A DNA stretch of 38,183 nucleotides from Candidatus Poribacteria bacterium. Its GTDB lineage: Bacteria; Poribacteria; WGA-4E; WGA-3G. The stretch is taken from contig CBDETU010000001.1 in NCBI GenBank assembly GCA_965242965.1, positions 1 to 38,183 on the forward strand, in the 5' to 3' direction. A model generated the notes under the pieces. That model did not search any database and was not told the DNA's origin. It was given only the letters and a program-made list of their open reading frames with translations. Made by a program: the position numbers and the translations under genes. Positions within the stretch are counted from its first letter, which is position 1. Each line of letters opens with the position of its first letter. Positions 1 through 6,827 of this stretch are shown piece after piece.

Positions 1-969
1 GCGTGCTGCTTCGGTAGGCGAGTGTAGGTTGGGCAATCGTGGGAATGAGTTTAAGCGGGGTGCCGGTCTGGGTGTATTGGCAGGGTTGGCTACGATTTCA
101 ACGCTGCAGTCTCGCAGTAGTTCTGGGGTGAGCGTTGGCAGGATGTCACAGAGGATTGGGATAATCTCTTTGAAAAGCACGCCTGTCTGGAGGTAGTGTT
201 TGACGTCGCGGTGCAGTTCGGGTGCGCGGTGGATAACTTCGCTGAGTAGATTTCGGATGTTCCAGGCGCGTTGCAAGAGATGGGGCAGGAGCGGGAAACA
301 GCATCGTGCGCGTGGTGCGAAATGATAGTGAGCGGCATCGACGTAGTGACACATCGTCTTGATAGGCCAATCGAGAATGATAGAGAGTGCGCGGAAGAAG
401 GGTGGCGAGGGGTAGGTAGAGCGTCTCCATCTGCCGATATTCTTTCCGTAGCAATTTCCGACGATGGTTTCGAGTTCGCGTCGGAGTCGTGATTCGGCGA
501 TACCGCAAGTTTGCATGCGTTCGGTGAGTGCTTTTCCGAAGGCTGTCTGTGCGGTATAGAGTCGGTAGGGCTGGTAGGAAATGTCGGCGTGTTCGCGTTC
601 TGCGGCTTGCAGGCGTGTCACGATTTCGTCATCGGTCCAACTTGTTCGGCTGTTCAGGACTTCTCGGAGTCGCCGTGCGAGGGCGGCATGTCCGATTGCG
701 TAAAGTCCTGCAACGTCCAAGTCTGCTTTTCGGTAGTTGCAGGGTTCGCAGACGAGCTGTAAGTTGCTTAAATGTTCGCTGCCGCCGCGGGCGCGGGGCA
801 CAATGTGGTCTACTGCTAAAAACGCTTCTGTTGTGCCGCAGAGATTACAGCGCGGTCCTTCCAGGGCGAGCAGGTATTTTTTATCGACGGCTAAATCGCG
901 TCTGGATGCGGTTCTTTTGTGTGTAGACTTGCGCGCGGGCAAGCTCTTTTCATAGTGAAAGGTTCTCAT
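1..969 (-). CDS. HNH endonuclease fused to XRE-like HTH domains, 5' part (runs off position 1)
   Basis: Manually translated minus frame with no stop from ATG 969 to position 1; absent from the ORF track. Contains CNLCG..LAVDHIVPRARGGSEHLSNLQLVCEPCNYRK (Zn-binding HNH), then FGKALTERMQTCGIAESRLRRELE..NIGRWRRSTYPSPPFFRALSIILDW (XRE-like). Confidence 0.85.
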   Translation of the reverse strand, partial: MRTFHYEKSLPARKSTHKRTASRRDLAVDKKYLLALEGPRCNLCGTTEAFLAVDHIVPRARGGSEHLSNLQLVCEPCNYRKADLDVAGLYAIGHAALARRLREVLNSRTSWTDDEIVTRLQAAEREHADISYQPYRLYTAQTAFGKALTERMQTCGIAESRLRRELETIVGNCYGKNIGRWRRSTYPSPPFFRALSIILDWPIKTMCHYVDAAHYHFAPRARCCFPLLPHLLQRAWNIRNLLSEVIHRAPELHRDVKHYLQTGVLFKEIIPILCDILPTLTPELLRDCSVEIVANPANTPRPAPRLNSFPRLPNLHSPTEAAR

Positions 970-1124
970 GAGCGTGATGGTGGTGCGCGCGCGAGTCAAC
1001 ACGCGCGCGCACCGGCTTAAGTCTCTCATATCCGTGAAAAATTGTCAAGACGCGTTTTGGCGCGTTTTGGCATATTTTCAGTCGAGTGGGTGTGCAAGAT
1101 TGCACACCCATCTGCGGCGCGGGC

Positions 1125-1490
1125 TTAGGCTGGCGGTGGCGGCGGCTCTGCTTCGTCATGAAGGAGCCGATTTAATGCGCCGCCGTCACCGCCACCTGCT
1201 GGTGAGTCAGCCAGCCGATGCTTTCTGCGTGCGGCTTTGTAATCCCAGGCGGTGTAGTCCTTCGTAAACGTCGGCGTGGAAATCGTCTTGTCCCGGAGGC
1301 CGATAAGAATCGTGTCGGAAAGATCTCGGCATCCATCGATACCGTGATAAATGAGCTTCTCTTCCCAACTGTAGACCCACTGGTGTCCGACTCCGTTCCG
1401 TTTGGCGATGTCCCGAATGGAATCGCGAAAGGGAGCGGCCAGGGCATTCGTGACTGAGCGTAGGGTTTCAACTTCAATTATTTTTGGCAT
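1125..1490 (-). CDS. small HTH DNA-binding protein
   Basis: SIRDIAKRNGVGHQWVYSW helix-turn-helix pattern; GGAG RBS before ATG 1490. Confidence 0.65.
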   Translation of the reverse strand: MPKIIEVETLRSVTNALAAPFRDSIRDIAKRNGVGHQWVYSWEEKLIYHGIDGCRDLSDTILIGLRDKTISTPTFTKDYTAWDYKAARRKHRLADSPAGGGDGGALNRLLHDEAEPPPPPA

Positions 1491-1513
1491 TGTTCTTCTC
1501 CGTGTCCGCGGTA

Positions 1514-1597
1514 TGTCTTAAAACGTTCGCATCGCGCATGCCGAAGACCGCTGTCTATCAGGGCTTCGTTTTTGCGAAACTTTCGATTATTAAGACA
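1514..1597. repeat. TGTCTTAA...TTAAGACA-bounded element, copy 1 (84 bp, divergent interior)
   Basis: 8-bp terminal inverted repeats; 1501-1521 matches the reverse complement of 3138-3158 at 20/21 nt. Confidence 0.7.
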
Positions 1598-1646
1598 GGT
1601 TTAAACAGGTAAAGTTGGGCGCGGTTTTCAACCGCGCCCGGTGTGC

Positions 1647-1976
1647 TTAATCGCCGAACCGTTGGCGGATGCGTGCGAGCATCTCTTGCCAGGTTGGCAC
1701 GTTGCGGGTGGTTGTCGGTTCGCTTGGCAGTCGGAGCGATGGGTAGATATTCTCACCGCACCGCGGGCAGCGTGTTCTGCCGTGCGTATGTAGGAAGGAC
1801 GGGCTTTCACATGAAAATTCCGTCTGGCAGTCGTGGCACCAGCAGACTTCATTAGCGAGTGCGGATTGCACGCCGAACCGCCGTTTGAGTTCGAGGGCGA
1901 TTGCGTATTTATCGCTGTCAATCGCGTTTTCGGCGAGTCCTTCCAGTTGTGCGCGTGTCATGTCGCGAAGTTTCAT
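1647..1976 (-). CDS. zinc-ribbon protein
   Basis: CHDC...CPRCG cysteine pairs; AGGAG RBS. Confidence 0.7.
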   Translation of the reverse strand: MKLRDMTRAQLEGLAENAIDSDKYAIALELKRRFGVQSALANEVCWCHDCQTEFSCESPSFLHTHGRTRCPRCGENIYPSLRLPSEPTTTRNVPTWQEMLARIRQRFGD

Positions 1977-2022
1977 GACTTCTTCTCCTTTCCCGATATT
2001 CTGCGAATTCTTGCGAATGGGT

Positions 2023-2045
2023 GGGCGAGGGACGGTCCCTCGCCT
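2023..2045. repeat. REP-like GC-rich palindrome
   Basis: GGGCGAGGGACGGTCCCTCGCCT; same hairpin as 3171-3193, in opposite orientation. Confidence 0.7.
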
Positions 2046-2073
2046 TCAACAGCCGCGTTGCTGCGGCTGTCTC

Positions 2074-2277
2074 TTAATACATCTCGTAGCTGGTATGAAT
2101 CCGGAGCTCGTGTCCGTCATAAACCTCGCCACCGAGTTCGTCGCGCGTTGGCATGTCAAGACACTCTACCGATTTGACGCGTCGTAGCCGAATCATTTCA
2201 AGATCGGGTAGGACGATGATGACGTTGGCATCGTCTGGCACATCCTTCAGTGCCTCTTTCAACATGTTGGCTTTCAT
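2074..2277 (-). CDS. hypothetical protein
   Basis: 67-aa ORF co-oriented with neighbours; N-terminus LKEALKDVPDDANVII resembles small phage proteins. Confidence 0.55.
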   Translation of the reverse strand: MKANMLKEALKDVPDDANVIIVLPDLEMIRLRRVKSVECLDMPTRDELGGEVYDGHELRIHTSYEMY

Positions 2278-2324
2278 CGTGTTAGCCGGGCGCGTTGCCG
2301 CGCCCGGTCTCCAGTCGGTGAGGG

Positions 2325-2882
2325 TTAGCGTCTTTCAGCTAGCACCTCTTCGAGGGTTTTGTCGGCTGGAACGCGTATCCGGACGAGTCCGGTGGCGAGC
2401 GTAAACACTTCGTGGACTGTCTCCCCATCGCGGGGGCAACAGTCACAAGTGCCTGCATGGCATGCAGGATTTATCTGTGCGCCGATGGGATTGTAATCGT
2501 CATCGACACTGAAATCCCAAGCGTCCTCGGCTGGCTCTTCGGTGAGCGTCTGATAGAACGCCTCCGCTGTGGGATAGGCGGGCGGCGGTGGACAGACCTT
2601 CGCCAGCAGTTCCGCACGCCGTTCGTCGTCAATGTTCATCGCCGCGAGCCGCGCGATTGCGGTGTCTCGGCTCGGGGCTTTCGCGAATGTCGTCCGAGTC
2701 GGTCCGTCGCCGAGGGCGAGGATGTTGGACGCGTTATCGACGAGGAGCCAGTCTTGCGGGTGGAGCTCTTCAGGCACGGCATAGGCGAAAACATATTCGG
2801 CGCGTCGCCATGCATATCCCCGTGTGCGGAATTCTTCGTTCATCTCATCGCGCGTGGGCGCGACGAACTGTTGCGTAGTCAT
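2325..2882 (-). CDS. hypothetical protein, first gene behind a strong promoter
   Basis: AGGAG RBS favours ATG 2882 (MTTQQ); acidic, Cys-containing C-terminus. Confidence 0.65.
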   Translation of the reverse strand: MTTQQFVAPTRDEMNEEFRTRGYAWRRAEYVFAYAVPEELHPQDWLLVDNASNILALGDGPTRTTFAKAPSRDTAIARLAAMNIDDERRAELLAKVCPPPPAYPTAEAFYQTLTEEPAEDAWDFSVDDDYNPIGAQINPACHAGTCDCCPRDGETVHEVFTLATGLVRIRVPADKTLEEVLAERR

Positions 2883-3001
2883 GATTAGCATCTCCTGCGG
2901 GCTTGAATGCCCTGTGGATTTTGGATTGCATCCCGATACGTTCGGCTACTATTGCTGTAGCAGGGGGTAGGGCAGCAACCCTACCCACGATGCTGATATT
3001 A

Positions 3002-3030
3002 ATTATACCACATTTTAAAGCAAAAGTCAA
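3002..3030 (-). promoter_or_regulatory. sigma70-type promoter with extended -10
   Basis: Minus strand TTGACT-17 bp-TATAAT with TG at the extended -10 position. Confidence 0.85.
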
Positions 3031-3044
3031 ATTAATTCGACCTT

Positions 3045-3145
3045 TGTCTTAAATGCCGTCAGGCTCGGCTGAACGCCGGCATGTTTCCAAAACGCCGAGT
3101 CTAAGCGTATCTCGGTAAAAGGCAGGCGATTTTTTTATTAAGACA
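3045..3145. repeat. TGTCTTAA...TTAAGACA-bounded element, copy 2 (101 bp)
   Basis: Reverse complement aligns along its length with 26844-26942, including the core CGCTTAGACTCGGCGTTT and ATGCCGGCGT. Confidence 0.85.
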
Positions 3146-3162
3146 TGCCGCGGACACGAAAT

Positions 3163-3196
3163 AAAAAAAAGGGCGAGGGACCGTCCCTCGCCCTAC
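3163..3196 (-). terminator. intrinsic terminator formed by a GTAG-type REP-like hairpin
   Basis: Minus strand GTAGGGCGAGGGA-CGG-TCCCTCGCCC followed by T8, just after the scaffold stop codon. Confidence 0.85.
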
Positions 3197-3208
3197 GGTA
3201 GATGCTGG

Positions 3209-3730
3209 CTAGCGCAATCCGCCGAACATGTTGCTCATGCGTTGGGTAGCTTCGGACATGGAGCGTGCGGATTTTTGATTGCCCTGCGCTGTCTGTCCGG
3301 ACCCGCCGCCCTCCACTTGGAGATTGCGCGGTGGTTCGCTTTTCTGGCTGGCTTCGATGCCGGCGATAGCGGCGGATTTGACGGCATCGATGATCATCGC
3401 GGTATCTGCCTTGATGATGCCTTCGATGAAGGATTGTGCTTGCGCGCGGGTGCCTTCGGGCAAGAGTTCGTTGAAGGTTTCCATGTTGTCGCGCATGCTG
3501 TCCTTGAATTCTAACTTGGCGAGTGCGATCTGCTCCGGTGTCATCTCATCATCTTCGCCGGTGGCGGGCTCACCCCGTAGGTTGAGCATATCGGTGAGAA
3601 ACTGCGTATTGGAGCGTTCGTCGGTAGTTTGCGTTTGCGTGCCTGTGCCTGTGCCCGTGCCTGTTTGGCCCGGGTCTGGCGTTTGCCCGGTTTGCTGTGC
3701 GCCCGGGTCCGCGGTCATTTGTTCTTGCAT
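3209..3730 (-). CDS. probable capsid scaffolding protein
   Basis: Directly downstream of portal; low-complexity T/G/Q N-terminus, acidic helical core, short helical C-terminal tail; GGAGG RBS. Confidence 0.6.
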   Translation of the reverse strand: MQEQMTADPGAQQTGQTPDPGQTGTGTGTGTQTQTTDERSNTQFLTDMLNLRGEPATGEDDEMTPEQIALAKLEFKDSMRDNMETFNELLPEGTRAQAQSFIEGIIKADTAMIIDAVKSAAIAGIEASQKSEPPRNLQVEGGGSGQTAQGNQKSARSMSEATQRMSNMFGGLR

Positions 3731-3759
3731 TAAAGCCTCCTGTGTTTGAATTATCGTTT

Positions 3760-5331
3760 TTATCGTTCGGCTCGGAGTGCGGCTTCTTGCCCGGCCAAGA
3801 CTTCCTCGTCTAATGGCGGCATGCCTTGCGGAACGCCGGGTGTGAGGAGATCATCGACTTGCAAGCCGAATCCCCTGTCCAGCCCGAGGAACTCGATAAA
3901 GCGTTCGGGCGAGAGTTGATAGCCGCTGGCTTGTAAGAATTGCACTACCTGAAGTCTGCCGGCGAGTGTATTCGGAATGGAGGTAGAATCTGGCATCACC
4001 AGCTGGTATCCAATTTTCCGTGCGTCTTCCGGGAAACTTTCAGGCAGATCTAGCCCGCCGCGCCAGAAATGCGGTGCGAGGGGCCGGTCTGCAAATTGTT
4101 GAATGAGTGTGAGTTTGATTCTTGCGCGAATCAAGCGGCTCTCATTCATAGAGGTGACGTTATCCGAAACCTGATTAATCGCTGCTTGTTGCAGTGTGTT
4201 TGCGAGTCGTCCGCTGGCGTTACTTGAAGGAGATTCCCCGATAAATACGGGTGAGAGCGAGGGCATCATACCATCCATCACTTCGGCCAGCATTTGGACG
4301 AATTGAAACAGCGCGACGGGGATGTCTTCCGGGGGCAGGTGCTGGATATCGCTCATCTCTTTTCCCTCTTCGAGTTCGATGACGATACCGTGTTCTGCGA
4401 GGATGCGTTCCCTATCGAGTGTGCCGTAGGTTGTCAAAAACCGTCCGACGGAGGTGTTTCGATTAATGAGGATGAGATTCGCGAGGAGCTCATCGTAGAG
4501 TTTTTGTTGCGGCCACATGAACGTCCCATATCCATAGCCCCAAAAATCGTGAGCCTTCCCGTCGCCGAGGAGATTCAGAAAATTCCGCCAAAGCACGAAG
4601 GGATAGGAGGGCCACCAGTAGGGGCTTTCTTGGACGCGGCTAATCTCATCGTTTACCAACGTTGCGAGCACGAGCGGCGTGCGGCACTTTTTGATGTTGA
4701 TACCGCAGTCGTCGGCTTGTTCTTTATCGAGCCACATTTCATCGACGCAGTAGCTAGCGCGTTCCCAATCCGAATCTCGGTGAGTCGGCAATTTATAGCG
4801 TCGTTTGATGTCGCGCCCGAGGTGCCAATTTCGGTGAACGACATAACTTGCATCCGAGAAGTCAGCGTTTGCACATTTTGGGTCTGGTGCAAAAGTCAGT
4901 GGATCGATGGCTTCGCCAGTCACTACCTGTCGTTTGAAATCGTAACGGACTTTGCTAATGGCGTTGCCGCAGACGAGATTATGCGTGACGAGGGTGCGGA
5001 GCCTGTCGCCCTCGTGGTCTACTTCGTCCATCATGTCCATCCAGTTCTGAAGATCTTGGACGAGCATGATATCTTCATCGAGGGAGGCGCGCTTATCGGG
5101 TTTCACTTCGATGCGCGGCATTTGTTCGAGGAAGGCGGGCAGCAAGCGATGAATGCCCTTTTTGATTTTCGGATCGAGGGAGGCGGCGACAAGCGGTCTG
5201 AGGTTACCGATGCGAATATTGCCGCTGGCATACACCTCATTTGCGTAGATGGCGAGTTCGCGTCGCATGCGATTATGCGCTTCTTCGCTTGCCGAGAATG
5301 CGTCGTCGCGTAGTTCTGTAAGTTTCGACAT
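3760..5331 (-). CDS. portal protein (P22-like)
   Basis: About 523 aa from MSKLTEL; motifs LVCGNAISKVRYD, IDPLTFAPDP..DASYVVHR, YPFV, GYGYGTFMWPQQ, ASGRLANTLQQAA; downstream of terL. Confidence 0.85.
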   Translation of the reverse strand: MSKLTELRDDAFSASEEAHNRMRRELAIYANEVYASGNIRIGNLRPLVAASLDPKIKKGIHRLLPAFLEQMPRIEVKPDKRASLDEDIMLVQDLQNWMDMMDEVDHEGDRLRTLVTHNLVCGNAISKVRYDFKRQVVTGEAIDPLTFAPDPKCANADFSDASYVVHRNWHLGRDIKRRYKLPTHRDSDWERASYCVDEMWLDKEQADDCGINIKKCRTPLVLATLVNDEISRVQESPYWWPSYPFVLWRNFLNLLGDGKAHDFWGYGYGTFMWPQQKLYDELLANLILINRNTSVGRFLTTYGTLDRERILAEHGIVIELEEGKEMSDIQHLPPEDIPVALFQFVQMLAEVMDGMMPSLSPVFIGESPSSNASGRLANTLQQAAINQVSDNVTSMNESRLIRARIKLTLIQQFADRPLAPHFWRGGLDLPESFPEDARKIGYQLVMPDSTSIPNTLAGRLQVVQFLQASGYQLSPERFIEFLGLDRGFGLQVDDLLTPGVPQGMPPLDEEVLAGQEAALRAER

Positions 5332-5341
5332 CGTGACGTTC

Positions 5342-5668
5342 CTATCGGCGTTCGCGTATCCGTCGGCGTTCTTCAACGAAGTCCGGTCCGAATGGGCAGG
5401 GCGGCAGCCGTTCGCCAATTACTGAAATCTCGGACAGGAATTCGTAGACGACCTGCTTATCCAAGTCTTGTTCGTGCGGATAGAGTTTCGCGTAAGGCAG
5501 TTCGCATAAGCGTTCGAGTCCACGAACATATACTTCGGGAAACCAGAGGCCGCTGTGACCGGGTTGGCGTTTCCCGTTTGATAGATGGTGTTTCATGTAG
5601 GCGACCCAGCGTTCGTGTTCGGCGTTTGCGAGCTGTTCTAGGAGTGCCTCTTTCTCTTTCTCGTTCAT
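5342..5668 (-). CDS. RyR-repeat-like small protein
   Basis: LANAEHERW...LPYAKLYPHEQDLD matches the RyR-domain pattern LA..EHERW...L.PY..L...E...D. Confidence 0.65.
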   Translation of the reverse strand: MNEKEKEALLEQLANAEHERWVAYMKHHLSNGKRQPGHSGLWFPEVYVRGLERLCELPYAKLYPHEQDLDKQVVYEFLSEISVIGERLPPCPFGPDFVEERRRIRERR

Positions 5669-6024
5669 ATTTTCTCCAGAAGTGCTTCAAAGTCTGCTTC
5701 GGAGAGCGATTCTGCGGTTGCAGCCTTGAGCAGTTTGAAAAGTTTCGGTGGCACGACGAAGGCATGCACGAGGGTTGCGACACCGATGTTCTCGATGCGT
5801 TCGCCAATGGTGCGCATGACGTGATGCGCTTTTTTGGAGTGCGCCACCTTTTCATTAAAAATGCAGAGGAGTTTCTCCGTCGGTTGCAGCTGCCGAGCGT
5901 CTTTCACGACAGCATTGACAAACTTTCGCGGGTTCGTTCCGCCGCTATAGAAATGCACGGGTCCGCTTCCATGTTCTTCAAGGAAATCGAGATGCCGGTC
6001 AAAATCGGTAGTATAGAGATGCAT
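5665..6024 (-). CDS. hypothetical protein, paralog of 6028-6498
   Basis: Aligns by eye with the upstream neighbour (LDFLE..FY; FV..V; AFV....LFK.L); GGAG RBS. Confidence 0.7.
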   Translation of the reverse strand: MHLYTTDFDRHLDFLEEHGSGPVHFYSGGTNPRKFVNAVVKDARQLQPTEKLLCIFNEKVAHSKKAHHVMRTIGERIENIGVATLVHAFVVPPKLFKLLKAATAESLSEADFEALLEKI

Positions 6025-6027
6025 CGG

Positions 6028-6498
6028 TTACTCCGTTGCGGCGAAGTCCCTGTAGAGGGATTCGAGTGCTGCTTTCTCCGGTGCGGCGAATTCCCTTGAG
6101 ATGGCTTGGAGTGCCGCGAGGGTAGGGGGTTCTCGCCGTTTGGGAAATTCATCGTCTTGCGTGCGTTCCGGATAGTGCGCGACGATGGCTTCAAGATTCT
6201 TAAACAGGTTCGATGTTATCACAAACGCGCGGGCGACATTCACGATGCCCAATGCCTCGGCGCGCGCTTGGATCTGCTGTCCGATATCGAGCAGCAGCGA
6301 TGGAATAGGTATCGCCTCTTCATCAAAAAACAGGATGAGTTCCTGCGGCGGGAACAGCCCCCACAGTGTATCGATGACGGTATCGACAAAGGTGGAGATG
6401 CGCGTCTCGAAACGATAGAATAGTATTTTCCCATCGTTATGTTCGAGAAAGTCAAGGACTTTCCGCAGGTTGATAGCATCGTGCAGGGGGATATGCAT
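6028..6498 (-). CDS. hypothetical protein, paralog of 5665-6024
   Basis: Start overlaps the stop of the Tad1-like gene (TGATG); aligns with the downstream neighbour. Confidence 0.7.
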   Translation of the reverse strand: MHIPLHDAINLRKVLDFLEHNDGKILFYRFETRISTFVDTVIDTLWGLFPPQELILFFDEEAIPIPSLLLDIGQQIQARAEALGIVNVARAFVITSNLFKNLEAIVAHYPERTQDDEFPKRREPPTLAALQAISREFAAPEKAALESLYRDFAATE

Positions 6499-6827
6499 CA
6501 GTCTCCCTCGTGTGTGCCTTCCGTTTTCGCTGCAACCCGCCGGGCGGTGCGATTTTCAAGCTCTTCCAGCGCGCGCCGCAGATGCCCAATCGCCGACGCG
6601 TTTTCATCGCATGCGAACTTGCCGTCCTGATAGAACTGGATGCGCCCCATCGCCGCGGCGATGACAGTTTCGACAAAAGCCCCGTTCGGTTCTTGCCGTT
6701 CGTCGCTGTGGATGCGGCCGAGGGGGCCGTTCTGCCATGAGATGGTAATGCCTCTGCCGGAGGTTACCCCGCCTGCGGGATTTCCATTTTCGTCGGTATA
6801 GTGCTCTTCAAAAAAATCTTGTTTCAT
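6498..6827 (-). CDS. tad1: Tad1-family (Thoeris anti-defence sponge) homolog
   Basis: ISWQNG..NGAFVETVIAAAMGRIQFYQDGKFACDENASAIGHLRRALEELENRTARRVAAKTEGT follows the Tad1 pattern I.FQ.G..G....L......RL..FQ.G.F...EN..A..H...AL.....R...R......GT. Confidence 0.75.
   Translation of the reverse strand: MKQDFFEEHYTDENGNPAGGVTSGRGITISWQNGPLGRIHSDERQEPNGAFVETVIAAAMGRIQFYQDGKFACDENASAIGHLRRALEELENRTARRVAAKTEGTHEGD

Noticed and set aside
90-955. Short ORFs listed by the track in the first kilobase
   Set aside because: All overlap the uninterrupted minus-strand HNH-HTH frame 1-969, which has clear motifs.
1020-1048. Promoter for the HNH-HTH gene (minus-strand TTGACA at 1043-1048)
   Set aside because: The -10 at 17 bp reads GAGACT, too weak to call with confidence.
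1125-1490. Possible IS transposase remnant
   Set aside because: Only an HTH is present; no DDE domain, transposase continuation or IS ends.
4294-5313. 339-aa plus-strand ORF
   Set aside because: Antisense shadow of the portal gene; no motifs or RBS.
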